A stretch of 64,000 bases of DNA. Source: Hyaloraphidium curvatum SAG 235-1. Lineage: Eukaryota; Fungi; Monoblepharomycota. Of the stretch, positions 38,100 through 50,523 are shown piece by piece. Position numbers and translations under genes: made by a program. The first letter of the stretch is position 1. Each line of letters starts with the position of its first letter. Location: positions 372,001 through 436,000 of the forward strand of contig JAIVFI010000024.1 in NCBI GenBank assembly GCA_025558095.1, read 5' to 3'. The notes under the pieces are model-generated. The model searched no databases, was not told where the DNA came from, and saw nothing but the letters and a program-made list of their open reading frames with translations.

Positions 38100-38357
38100 C
38101 CTTTCGCCGCTCGAAGCTTCGAACGTGACGTGCGCACACATCCTGTTCAGCAACACCTTCATTAAGCACACTTGACGCAGCTTGACCTCATGTAATCAGG
38201 ACATCGTTTTGGATTGCAATTGAATGCCGCATATGCATGCATTGCTTCTTGATGGGAATCAGACCGTTTTTGAATTCGTGAAACCAGCTCCCCAATTCCG
38301 CCTCGCTTCCCCATGCGTGCACGAAGCTGCATTGGGCTCATCGCACCACTATTCGCC

Positions 38358-38500
38358 TACGGTGCCCGCTTTTCGCGCGGCCGAGTTCGCCCAGGCCGTT
38401 GGGCGCGCCGGCCCCCCGCGACCGCGCGCACTATATAGCCCAGCGCCCGCCCCTCCAGCGCCAACCGCCGCAGCACCGAACTTCCGTGCAGCAGCAAACG
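38358..38500 (+). promoter_or_regulatory. Orphan diverged copy of the H2A promoter and 5' UTR (about 36343-36487)
   Basis: Collinear match TACGGTGCCCGCTTTTCGCGCGGCCGAGTTCG...CACTATATAGCCC...GCAGCAGCAAACG with scattered substitutions; no histone CDS follows. Confidence 0.9.
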
Positions 38501-38815
38501 ACAAATGAACATCACAGCTACCGGATGCATTGGGCTGGCAATTAATGTTAATCTCGCTGCTCTGGAATAGGACTATAGGACTGTTTGTGAGGCGTCGAGC
38601 GCAGCGATCTCGAAGCTGTATTCGACCAAACGTCCGCCGGCGGCATGCTACATTGCGAAAGGTGGGTATCTGCCCTCCCGCCGAGAGGCGGGTGCGTGCT
38701 CGTGCGTGGATGGCGCTGTACAGTGCGTGTCCGGCACCCGGTGCCGCCCGGCCCGCCGGTCCGTCTAGAAGATCCGCCCCGGTCAGGGGGTCCAAAACGG
38801 CGCGCCGCCCGGCGG

Positions 38816-40172
38816 CTACGCCCTCAGCGAGGTCCAGAACGGCTTCCTGACCGCGTGCTGCCTCGCCTCCCTCACCTCCCCCGGCGATCCGCCCAGCTCG
38901 ATGAGCTCGATCGCGTCCATGGCGTTCTGCACGGCCCCGCGCACGGCGCCCGCGGCCGACCGCGCGCCGACGCTGGACCGCAGTTCCGCGTCCCCGATCT
39001 CCAGGTCCAGCGACGCCAGCGTCGCGTGCGAGTGCAGGGCGTGCCCGTTGGCGGGGTGGCCGGGGAGAGGCGGGAGCGCCTTGCCCCCCGCCGCGGCCGC
39101 GCGGGCATTGTGCCGGATCGCCGAATCGGCCTCGCGCAGGGCGGCCTCGAGGTCGCCTTCGGTGTCGGCTTCGAAGGATTCCGAGTCGGGCACCCGGTCC
39201 GCGAGCCCGGTGCGGGAGGGTATCCGCCGCGGGACGGTGCCGACGGGGGAGCCTACGAGGGTCTCGGTGGAGGAGAGGGTGCCGCTCGAGGAGATGGAGG
39301 GGATGCGCGAGCGGGGCGGGGCGATGGGTCCGAAGCCGTTGACCTTGGCCGGGTTGACCATGGTCTTGTACGGGCCGCCGGCGCCGGAAAGTACCTCCTT
39401 GGGGTGGTAGTAGCGCGCGCAGATGGCCAGCAGGGCGTCGAACGGTATCGCGAGCTCAAATTCCTGCGAAAGCCGAGCATGACGAGACGAGCGAAGAAAT
39501 GCGAGGAGAATGGCCAGGTCAGTTGGACGAACGCCTCGCACCGACCACGAGCCTTCCACCCACCAGCAGGTAAAGCAGCTGCCTCTCCATCAGGTTGACT
39601 TCCTGCAGCGAAAAGCTGGTCAACCTGCTCCACTGCTTGTTCCTGAGCGGCGTGTCGTTGCAGTACTTGTTGGCGCACACCAGGCTGGACAGGAAGATGC
39701 GGTGCGCGGTGCAGTACATGCCCTTGGCCGTCTGCGGGAGCTTGGACCGCAGCCGCTCGATGTAGGTGATGCAAGCAAACACGCTGCCTGCCGAGACGCG
39801 GGAGCGCTCGCACATCTGGCGGACGAACTGGGGTGGGCTTCTCAGCGCCTCCCCGGGAGGCGGAAGGCGGGCGCAAGAACCTTTGTGAGCGACGGCAGGG
39901 AGGCGTTTGCCGGTGCCGGTGCGCAGGGTATCACGGAGACGAGGATGGAGACCATGATGTCTGGGGCGGGGGAGGGTGCGAAGTGGTGAGAAGGGGTGCT
40001 GACAGGGCGGTCCGGCCGCGGCGCCCCGCGGACCCGGCGTGGCGCGCGGACCACTCCGAGCACCGGAGCGGACCAGTATGGAAGCCAGGTACTCACCAAC
40101 TATCTCCTCCGTCACGGGCATGCGGCAAAGCCGCTCCAGGAACACGCCCCGGCGTGCGCCGTCGTCGAGCAT
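38816..40172 (-). CDS. Pho85-type cyclin (Pcl1/2-like), multi-exon
   Basis: FVRQMCERSRV...YIERLRSKLP..AKGMYCTAHRIFLSSLVCANKYCNDTPLRNKQW...EVNLMERQLLYLL. Confidence 0.9.
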
Positions 40173-41778
40173 CGTCGCGGCGGCGGCGGGCCGCGGGGCA
40201 CCCGCGCGCCCAAAGAGGCGGAACAACGCGGTCACTGCGCGTGCGGCGGGGCGCGGGGCCGCGTGGGCTTCGCGCGGCAGCGGTGCGAAGGGCGCGTGGG
40301 AGCGGGGCCGCTCGCGACGCGCGCGGGGCGGAGGGGAGCGCGGCGCCGCGCGGGACTGCGGGCGGTGTGCGACGGTGATGTGGAGGCACGGGCTCGCGTC
40401 GAGTGGTGGGCGAGGTGTTCGGCTGTGGGAGTCGCGTCGAGTGGTCGCGGATGATTCCAAAGCCGCCAGCCGCACACCGTCATCGCAGGGTCAGAAAGCC
40501 CGCCCAGCAAGTGCACAACTGGGCTTCACCCACCACTAGAATATGGCTGGATGGGTAGCAGACCTCAACAGAGGATTTTTGGCGGCGTTGGTGCCTTGTT
40601 GGGGCGTCCTGTTAGGCGGGGGAGGCGTCGGGTTACCGCATGCACGCCGGGGCGGACAGGTGCACCACAGCGGAAAGAAAATCGGCTGCCGCTTTCTGCC
40701 TGCAGACGCAGGCCACCGCATGCCGCGGGAGCCGTTTCCGATCCATCTGTCCTTTCTGGCCTGCCCCGCCCCGCGGTCGGCCGCCCGGCCGAGTTTGACA
40801 GTCCGCCTTCCCGTACCCAATAGCCGCGTTCCGCCCCTCCAAACATGTTCGAAAGGCGCATCGTGGCCGATCCTCGCGCGCAGTCGGGCGCACACGCCAC
40901 TTTCGGAGGCACCCACCTCGGTCTGCACGCGCCGTGCCCGAGTGTTTGCCGCACCCGGCGGCACCTCCCTGCGGCACCCTTCCCTCCTCCTCTGCCTTCC
41001 TCCGGCTTTTCCAACTCCCTACGCTACCGGCGGATCCCTCTGCAGCCCTCCTCCGGGGCGATGCGCGGGCCGGCACGGGGACGCTCGCCACCTGGTTGGG
41101 AAAACAATGCTCTCCCCGTCCTCCCAGCCTTCTCCGGCACCCGCGGAGCGAACCGCGGTGTTAACGCGCCCCTGCACCTCCCAACCGCGGGTGTGCGCGC
41201 CGGCGATGGCCTGCCTGCGGCCGCCGAACGGGCGCACGCGACCCCGCCGTGCGGCGGTCCTCCGGGCCGGGCGCCGCGCGGCGTAGGACCGGGCAGCGGC
41301 GCGAGGTCGCCGCGTCGGAGCCGCGCTGCGATGGCCTGGAGGAGGCCCAGGGGGCCTGGCGCCGGAGGGAGCTGGTGATTCGGGGCGCTAAACAGGAGCG
41401 GGCGGTGCAGGTAAGCGCAAACAAACATTGATGGGCCGCACGCGGCGGCGGGCCATTCGGGGATGACGGTGGCAAACATGCATCGCGCAGCTGGATGGCC
41501 CGGATGCGAGGATGGGTCTGATGCTGGTTGATATAGTTACTTGCCGGCGAGACGAGGTGGGGGACGTGGGACGGCCATCGGGGGGGTGGAGACAGGCGAT
41601 CGGGCGCCTCCAAGAGATCCGACCCCAGGTTCGCACATGCAGGTGCTGGATTGGCAGTCTGATTTGATTTTTGGGTGCTTCTGCAGCGTTCGAGGATGCG
41701 TCCACGGGTGCGGGATGCGGTGATGCGGGGGGGCGTGAGCAGTCCCGGCCGGTTCCCGCCTCCCTCCCGAACCACGGA

Positions 41779-44092
41779 ATGGAGCCGGAGGACCCGTTCT
41801 ACTTCCCGTTCGCGGGCGCGTCGTCGTTCCGCGGCGACGAGAGCGCCGACGGCGGGCCGCCGCTGGGCGACTTCGGGTCCGAGTTCGGCGCGCAGCCGAC
41901 GCCTGCGACGCCGTCGATGGGCGCGTCGGGCATGCTGGGCATGCTGCCGGGCGCGCCGCCCGACGGCTCGATGTTCCCGGCGATGAGCGCGCTGGGCGGG
42001 CCGCTGGGCGGGCTGGGCGGCCCGCTGGGGCCGGCGGTGGGCGTCGCGCCGGGCGGGTCGGGGCAGCCTCCCGCGGGGCAGCTCGGCCCCGGCGGCCCCA
42101 AGGTGTACGGCGCCTCCCTCCAAGGCGCGCTGTCGGGCCTGGCGCGCAGGCCGCCGCAGCCCCCGCCGCCCCCGCAGTTCCCCGGCTTCCCGCCGCAGTC
42201 GTTCTCCCAGCAGCAGCAGATGGCCATCCCGCCGCACATGCTGGCGCGCCCCCCGCCGGAGCCGCAGCAGGCTCCGAACCAGCAGGCAGCAAACCAGCAC
42301 GCCGTCGAGCGGCTCATGAAGCAGCAGATGTCGCAGCAGCAGATGGCCCACTCGGGCATGTCGCGCTCGGACGCTGCCGCAAACGCCGCTGCCGCCATGG
42401 CGGCCACAATGGGCTTCGACGCGTCGGCATACGGCATGCAGCCGGCCATGCAGCCCGGGCTGCAGCACCCCATGCAGTCGGCGGACCTGGGCTACTCGCC
42501 GCAGGCCTCGTCCATGGGCGGCGACTTCGACCACATGCCCACGCTGGACTCGCCCATGCAGACGCCGCTGCAGCCGCCCATGCAGGGCATGGACTACTAC
42601 GGCAGGCCGTCGCCCGCGCTCGCCCCCCTGCCCGGCCCGCAGGGCGGCGGCGGCAAGCCCAGCTGGCAGCAGCCGCCGGCGCCCAACCGCGGCAAGGGCC
42701 CCGACCCCGCCAACGCGCCCGCCGTCGCGAAGCCCGGCCAGCGGACGCGCCAGGCCTCGGGCTCGGGCTCGGGCACCAAGATGTCGGTCATGGGCCCCGT
42801 GCCCGCGGCGCAGCAGCAGCAGCCGGGCCCCGGCGCAGCGGGCAAGAAGCCCAAGCCGGGGGCGCCGCCCGCGTCGGGCAAGGACCGGCCCGGCCCGTCG
42901 GTCGTGCTGCAGCCGTCCTCGCACAAGGCCGCCACGACCCCCGAGGGCATCCCCGCCGGCGCCGCCGCCGGGCCCGTGACCATCTCGCGCCACATCAACT
43001 CGGTCATCAACCACTTCACCTCCTCCAAGGAAGGCTACCGCCGCCTGCTGCAGGAGCTCGACGATCTGCTTTTCGTCCTCACCCCCGAGGGCGCCATCAT
43101 CTACGCCTCCCCCTCCGCGAAACGGACGCTCGGCTACGGCCCCGAGGAGCTCACGGGCCGGCCCATCCTGGACTTTTGCCACCCCGACGACGCGGCGCTG
43201 GTGGGCGAGGAGCTCGAGGCGTCGGTGCGGCGGGCGGCCGACACGGCCTACCACGCCCGCTTCGCGAAGAAGGGAGGCGAGTACGTCCTGATGGAGGTCC
43301 GCGGCAAGCCGTACGGCAAGGAGCAGCTCCGCATCCTCGGGCAGAAGGAGTCGCGCACGGGCTCGTCCTCCAACGGCGGCCAGGACGACCTCGCGGAGCC
43401 TGCCGACGGGCCGGGCGAGGTGCGCTTCGTGGTCAACACGGCGCGCGAGTACCGCTCCAAGGCGTCGCTGGCCGTCGACGGGATCCTGGAGCTCTCGGTG
43501 GAGAACCTGAAGCTGCGGAGGCAGCTCGAGCGCGCGCTGAGGGACAAGGGCGTGGACCCGGCGTCGCACCCGCTGCTCAAGGAGGCAGAGAACGAGCTGC
43601 CGCCGAGCATGCTCCCCTCGGAGCTGTTCGAGTCGGCGGGGCTGGACATGCGGGACCGGTCGTTCGCCGCCGCGGCGGACGCCGGGTTCGGGTCGGGGAT
43701 GGAGGGGGGCAACGGCACGGGCGGGGAGGACAAGGAAGGCGGGGAAAAGAAGAAGGCCAAGGTGGGTTCGCGCTGTCCGATGAACTTGCAGTGCGAAGCT
43801 GACTCCGCGAGCAGAAGGGCGGGGCCGAGGAGATCTTTTGCAGGCAGTGCGGGACGACGTCGTCGCCCGAGTGGCGGCGGGGCCCAGACGGCCCAAAGAC
43901 GTGGGTTGCGCGCCGCGTGCGATATCGTTGCCCGAGACTTATTGCCTCCCATCCAGCCTGTGCAACGCCTGCGGCCTCGCCTTTGCGAAAAAGACCAAGA
44001 AGGCCACCAAGAAGGCCGAGGCGGCGATGGCCGACAGCCCGCCGCCGCCCAAGCCGCCCAAGAGCGGGACAAAGTCTTCGAAACCGGCCTGA
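41779..44092 (+). CDS. wc-2: White collar-2-like PAS + GATA zinc-finger transcription factor
   Basis: PAS (LFVLTPEGAIIYASPSAKRTLGYGPEELTGRPILDFCHPDD), AREYRSK...LELSVENLKLRRQL, spliced GATA finger [30 protein letters not shown]/M-rich N-terminus. Confidence 0.85.
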
Positions 44093-44365
44093 AAGGTGGT
44101 CGGGGTCGCGCTCGTGCATGGTGCTGTCTGGTCGCTTTTTGTTCTGATGGCTTCTTGTGGACGTGGACTGAATTGATTGCTTCTAATGGCTCGATCGCGC
44201 GGCTCGCTCATCCTCCTCTCCTGTCCGATGTCTCGTAGTCGTATCTGTCGTATCGATCATCCGAGGAACGATCGGGCGAGGAGACGAGGGAAGATCGATC
44301 CGGTGCAGCGGCGTGGACGATGGTCCCGCTGCTTGACCGATCGAACCCCCGACACAGTTACAGAG

Positions 44366-45748
44366 ATGCCCACGGAATCGGCCTCCGCGCCGACCGCCGC
44401 CCATCAGGCAAAGCGGCATTTCTCAAAACCAGTAGCATCGGACACGGACCTCGCGGCGTGCGGCTTGCGCTGGCACCGCGTGACGCCAAGCGCGCCGGCT
44501 ATCCCGCCGACGGCCGTGCAGGGCGGCTGGACGTGGGCATCCGTCTTCCACCACGGGAAGACGCCGCTTTTTGTCGGGCGTTTCGACCTCGGGGATGGAC
44601 GGGCCGTGCCCGGGAAAGTGGGCGGCAACGAGTTCCATTATTCCACGGGCGAAGGAGGGAAGGAGCTCAAGGCAACGACGGGCTTCGAGGTGCTGGTGTT
44701 TGAGCCCGACAAGGCACCGCCGGGTGTGAAGCTCGATTGGGTGCCCCATTCGGGCGTGCTGAAGGATACGGCTTCGACTGTGTCCGGGGGCTGCCGGGAC
44801 TTGGAGGGGCGCGCTCTGTTCATTGCGAGGCGGGATCATCGGAACGGAGTGCACGTTGGTTTCGTCGCGGACGGGTCGGACAAGTGCTTTGTGTCGTGGG
44901 GCGGTGGGGAGGTCACGTCGTCATTCTACGACGTGCTGGTCGTTTGCAACGAGGAACCCGTTGGGGCCGCCAGGGAGAGCACTCCTCCGCCGCTGGCCAG
45001 CGCGACTATCGAGCCGATGAGCCGCGTACCTTCGGCCTCATCGGCGCATTCCTCCCGGACGGGCGATTCGGCGGCAAAGTTCGCACTTGTTGCCCCCATC
45101 TTCGGGGAAGCGGCTCCGGCGTCGCCGTCTCGCAGCATTGCTGCGGTCGGCTCCGAGCAGGAAGAAGAAGCAGCACCAACGGATGTCGCGGATGTTGAAG
45201 CTGCTGATGCTTCCGCAGACCTCCTGAAAGACATCGTTGGATTGGAACAGGACCTGCTGGAGCAGTCAGATCTCGGGGACAAGGCCGCCGAGGGAGCGGA
45301 TCACGTTGCACATGCCTTGGCGGCAGCGATCGACGTGGATCGGCTGCCTTCGCCAGCAACGGAGCATGCCCCGCCTCTACCACCGCCGAAGGAGACCGCT
45401 GCCGGGACGACGGTGGAGGCGCTGTTCCCCGCCACCTCCAAGCATCCTCAGCATGATTTGGACTCGGCTTCTGGAGGTTCTGGGACTAGGACGGACCCTT
45501 CGAAGCTGTACCACGACCCCAAGGTCGCCGACGCGGTGCGTGCGGCCCGGGAAAGGGCCGTAAGTGGGGCGCTGGCGGACAAGAGCGTTTTTGCCAAGAC
45601 CGGCCAGGCGCTGAGCGAACGCGGAGACCGTTTGCAGGAGCTTTCCCTGAAAACGGAGGCGATGCAAGAAAGCAGCAAGGGTTTCCTTGACGCAATCAAA
45701 GAATACAATAAGCGAGAGGAAGAAAAGGCGAAACGCTTCTTCTTCTGA
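44366..45748 (+). CDS. DM9/DUF3421-repeat protein with a C-terminal tomosyn-like R-SNARE motif
   Basis: IPPTAVQGG..PLFVGR..VPGKV..FEVLV and LFIARR..VHVG..CFVSWGGGEV..YDVLV (DM9-like); GQALSERGDRLQELSLKTEAM (R-SNARE-like). Confidence 0.75.
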   Translation: MPTESASAPTAAHQAKRHFSKPVASDTDLAACGLRWHRVTPSAPAIPPTAVQGGWTWASVFHHGKTPLFVGRFDLGDGRAVPGKVGGNEFHYSTGEGGKELKATTGFEVLVFEPDKAPPGVKLDWVPHSGVLKDTASTVSGGCRDLEGRALFIARRDHRNGVHVGFVADGSDKCFVSWGGGEVTSSFYDVLVVCNEEPVGAARESTPPPLASATIEPMSRVPSASSAHSSRTGDSAAKFALVAPIFGEAAPASPSRSIAAVGSEQEEEAAPTDVADVEAADASADLLKDIVGLEQDLLEQSDLGDKAAEGADHVAHALAAAIDVDRLPSPATEHAPPLPPPKETAAGTTVEALFPATSKHPQHDLDSASGGSGTRTDPSKLYHDPKVADAVRAARERAVSGALADKSVFAKTGQALSERGDRLQELSLKTEAMQESSKGFLDAIKEYNKREEEKAKRFFF

Positions 45749-45894
45749 TCGCATCGGCTGCTGATTTGTGCTTTTGAGTGAGATGGGCGACATTTGTGGC
45801 CCGTGCGCGCACGCTGCGGCAAAGATCGGAGCGCTGATCCGCTTCGGGCCGAAACCTCCCCGACAACGCTCTTGCGCCCCTAGAAACCGACATC

Positions 45895-46558
45895 ATGTCG
45901 ACTGCCGTTGTCTTGCCTCCTCCGCCCGCCGTCGGCCAGCACCCGCCCGCCGCGCCGCTCGCCTCGGAGCAGCTGCAGGCTCTGAAGGCCGAGCTCACGG
46001 CCGGCGGCAACCGCACGCGGATCCAGGTCTCGGACGGCCGCGTCTTCTTCGGCCACTTCATGTGCGTCGACCGCGACCGCAACGTTGTTCTCGGAGGCTC
46101 GGAGGAGTACCGCGGAGGTGCGTATCGCGGCGTGTGGATGCTGCGGGTGGCATCGGCCGAACTGCGGACGGGCCAGGCGGAGTTCCCCGAGGGTGAACGC
46201 CGTCTGACCCGATGGAAGTGCTTTAATACTTCTATTATGCTACTGTCCGGGGATTTCGCGGGCCGATGGCTGCAGGGCCGTTGCCTATGGAGGTTTTCTT
46301 CCCCGTCTCCCACTTGCTGATCTTTCACCTCCCCTCGCCCCATCCCCGGCCTGAAAACCATCCTCGCCTCCATGATGCAACTTTTTTGCCATGCTTGGAC
46401 AACAGACCAGAGGAGATTCGTTGGGCTGGTCATGGTGGGGCTATCATCGCTTTGCGGTGAATGAACTGGTTCCTGACTCGTTACCCTCGCGTCAGATTCC
46501 CGGAAAGCACATCATGAGCGTAGCAGTGCCAGCGGAGGACACTGCTTTGGGCATTTGA
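45895..46558 (+). CDS. NAA38: LSM-domain NatC auxiliary subunit Naa38/Mak31 (introns about 46118-46405 and 46435-46495)
   Basis: RIQVSDGRVFFGHFMCVDRDRNVVLGGSEEY|DQRRFVGLVM|IPGKHIMSV. Confidence 0.82.
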
Positions 46559-46846
46559 GGCTCTCTCTGGACTCTCGGCAATCTCTCTCTACCCAACCTC
46601 CCCTATCTTGGAACCGCGCACCCCCTGGCTCTGCTCTGCATGTACATAGAAAGATTGGAAATGCCATCGATCTGCTCATGCACTTTCTTTTCTCCCTGCC
46701 CTTACAGAAGAAGGAAAACGACCCGCGCCAGCCAGATTTTGGCTTTTCGAGGCGGTGGGTCCGGTGGCGCAAAACAGCGCATCACGGCCAGGACGACAGC
46801 GGAACCGTCCGAGCCGGAGCCGCCAATAGATTCGGGAGCTGCAAAG

Positions 46847-49800
46847 ATGTCTCTCGAGGAGATTGGCGACGGCCTGGAGGTTCCCGTGGCGGACGTCGAT
46901 GGAGAGGAGTCATCAGGCGTCGACGACGACGAACCGGGACAGCTGCCCGCCGACGGTCCTGGCGCTGGCGTGCTGTTCCTGAGGCGCTACACCGGAAAGG
47001 ACTTTACTACTGGTCGTTATGCGGGAGCCCATGGGCACTCGGACGACGAGGAGGAGGGGGATTCCGGGGTCGAGGACGAGGAGACTGGCGCCACCGACGC
47101 TGCAGGGGTCACAGGCCCGGAAGCTCGCCCGACCGGAGGAACCACCGGCAAGCAGAAAAAGAAGAAGAAGGCGATTGATTGGAAAACGACGATGTATCTG
47201 GCATATGCGTGCTTTGGGTAAGTGGCTGCTGGTCTCGTGTCTTCGGTTTATTCACCGCCCACAGCGCCGTCTTTGGAGATATCGGCACTTCGCCTCTTTA
47301 TGTGCTGCAGTCGACTTTTCATCAACTGGGACGGAATCCAAACGAGGTGGAAATCCTTGGTCTCATGAGCCTTATCTTCTGGAGCTTCACATTGATCGTC
47401 ATCGTCGAGTACGGCTTGATTGTCCTGTACGCCGACAACAAGGGCGAGGGAGGAACCATCGCCATCTACAGCCTGCTCTGCCGCTATGGGGAAAAGTGGT
47501 TCAACACGGGCATCTCCGACCAGCAGCGGGACATCACAGTGAGCAGCAGGGACGATTTGGACGCCAAACGCTCGCGAGAGCAGTGGTCTGCGCGCTATAC
47601 GAACTTCTTCCAGACGGCTACAATGGTCGCTGTCATTGTTGGAGTCGCCTTGCTCCTTGGGGACGGCGTCCTCACCCCCGCGATCTCCGTGCTGTCGGCC
47701 GTCGAGGGCATTGCCGTTGCCGCGCCGTCGATGAAGGTTGCCGTGGTTCCCATCACAATCGTCATCCTGGTAAATGCCTCGGGTAGCTGATCGGCGCATT
47801 CTTGATCATTCGTCCCCAGTTCCTCCTCTTCAGCGTTCAGTTTCTCGGTACCTCTAAGATTGGAGCTTTCCTGTCGCCCGTGATCATCGTGTGGTTGCTC
47901 GTGCTGGCAGGCATGGGAGCGTACAATGTTGCCTTCTATGGTCCCTCGGTGTTCCGCGCCCTCAGCCCGCAGTACGCTTTTCAGTTTTTCCTGGCCGATG
48001 GCACTCTTGCCTGGAAAATGATGGGGGCGTCAATGCTGGCGATAACCGGAACTGAAGCGCTTTTCGCGGACCTGGGGCACTTCAGCAGGCTCTCGATTCA
48101 GATTTCCACCATCGCCGTCGCTTACCCGTGCCTAATCCTGCAGTACCTTGGACAGACTGCCATGCTGCTGGACGATCCGAGCGAATGGGAGCAGGCCTTT
48201 TGGGCAGCGGTACCCGGCCCGCTTTACTGGTTCATTGTCGTGCTTTCCATCTTGGCCACGATCATCGCCTCGCAGGCGCTCATTAGCGCAAGCTTCAGCG
48301 TGGTCTCGCAAGCGATGCGCCTGTCTCTATTCCCCCCGGTCAAGATCGTACACACCAGCGCGCACCATGCGACTCAGATCTACTCGCCTGACATCAACTG
48401 GATCCTTATGGTCCTTACGATCGTGGTCGTCGCTGCCTTCCAATCGTCGGAAGCCCTCGCGGCGGCCTATGGCATTGCGGTCTGCATGGGTACGTTGCTC
48501 ACAGCTGTCCGGCTTCCTCTTCACGCTGACATCCCACTACTAGACATGATGTTGACAACGATTTTGATCACGACCGTCATGGCCATGGTTTGGCGGGTTC
48601 ACTGGGCCATTTACGTTCCGTTCTTCCTCTTCTATGCCCTGGTGGTTGGAGCTTACCTCAGCTCCAACCTCTTGAAGGTTCCCAGCGGAGGCTGGCTCCC
48701 GCTTGCCATGGCCTGTGAGTGCGGCGAGGCTAGCACAGCATTCTGGAGCTTGCTGACCCTTGCTCGGTTAGTCATCATTGCGTCAATCATGGGCCTTTGG
48801 AGGTGGGGCAAAGGCCGGACGATGCGGCAACGCTGGCGCTTCCGCAAGCCATACAACAAGATGTTTTCTCTCCTGACTTCCGAAGACGCACTCACGAGCA
48901 CCAAGAGCGGTACCTTCGCGGTCGCGGACTTGGAGACATTGTCGGATTTGGGTTTCGACGAACGGGACGACGAGGACTACGACTCGGATGACGACAGCGT
49001 CTACGGCAACGGGTACCCTCTCACGGCGGTCCCGTCGCGCGATGCAGGAGCTTCTGCGATGGGGCGCCGACGTGTCTCTGTCTTCGACGTTGGTTACCCG
49101 GCGATCGGATTCCCCCGCACTTTGTCGGTCGCTGGAAGCCTCTCTTCCGATGGCAACCGGAGGATGTCGATTGCCTCATCGGGTGGGAGATCCATTTCGA
49201 CTGGCCCGTCAGGCTACAAGATCAGCGGACCAATTATTCCAAGTTCGATTCTGGTCACCGCAGCCGCCCCCGCCGAGACTATGATGGACTCCAAGTCAAT
49301 GGATGCCAAGCCTATTGCGGATTCGAAGCCTAGCGAGGAGACGCCAATTCAGCCACTCGCCGTCAAGTTCGGCGAAGCACCAGTCAGGCTCGCCGCTTCT
49401 GCCCCCGCGAACTTGGACGCCGCCGCAGTCATCCCGTCGGTCGAGATCGATTCGACAAACATCGATGACGATGGAAATGCGGACGAGGAACCGATCGAAG
49501 CGGGCGCGGCTTCGGCCAATGCCTCCTTCACCTCTGCAGTCGCCGATGCACCCCCGGCCACTTCGTTCCGGTCAATCCTCGCCCCCACGACGGGCTTCCC
49601 GAGGACGATTACCGGCGACTCGCGCAGTATCAAGATCCTCGAGGGCAACACGAAAGGGCCTTCTTTCGGCGAGGTCGGCCCCACCACCCCTGCGATGAGC
49701 GTGCACGTCACTTCGAAAGGACTGCTGGACGCCGACATCCCCATTCCGCGCTTCCCCGGACTGGGCATTTTCTTCACCGAAGTTACCAGCGGGATTCCCG

Positions 49801-50503
49801 GTGTCTTTGCGCATTGGACGAACAACATTGGTGCCATTCCTGAGGTCGTCGTGTTTGTTTCGATCGGTTACGCCAACATTCCGAAGATCGATGAGTCTGA
49901 TCGGCTATTCATCACCAAGAATCTTCTGAGCTCGTTCTGGTCGGCACGCGTGACTCTGGGCTATATGGACGAGGGCGTAGACAGGTACAGTAGTTACCGT
50001 ACACTCGTAGCTTTCAGCGGCTGAATGCTCGTGTTTCCAGCGATTGGGTCACGGAAGAGATTGTCGCCGCAATCTCACGCGTGGAATCGCGGTTCCACAC
50101 AGGTTCATTGCGGCAGCCGTCGGGCGCAACGAGCTTCACTGCAGGTTCGACCACCGTGATGGGCTCGGACGGCAACGGACAGGCCAGCGCGGGTGTGGAA
50201 GCCGAAGGCGTGCGTCACAGGGCAGGCGCGTCTGATCCTCAACGCCCTCCGCGCTCGAGGCGGATGAGCCAGGCCTACCTGGGGCCGACCAGCTCAGGCG
50301 TCCCCGTTGCTGAAGCCGAGCAGCACGGAATCGTTTACTTTCTCGGAAAGCGCCGTTTCGAGCCAAAGGAAGGCGCGAATATCTTCCACCGCTTCCTTGT
50401 CGAAGCGTACAAGATTCTCGTGCTTTTCTCCCGCGCTGGACATTCTCAGCTGAAGGTCCCGGACGACCAGACGATTGAAGTTGGATTGCGTGTTCGCCTC
50501 TAA
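46847..50503 (+). CDS. HAK1: KUP/HAK/KT potassium transporter with a long low-complexity cytoplasmic insertion
   Basis: VFGDIGTSPLYV, ADNKGEGG, GDGVLTPAISVLSAVEG, TGTEALFADLGHF, AAAYGIAV, IEVGLRVRL. Confidence 0.95.
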
Positions 50504-50523
50504 TTGCCGATGTAGGCTGGTGC

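Noticed and set aside
37420-38350. ORFs and short direct repeats downstream of H2A as a possible transposon
   Set aside because: No transposase or RT motifs, terminal repeats or target-site duplication seen.
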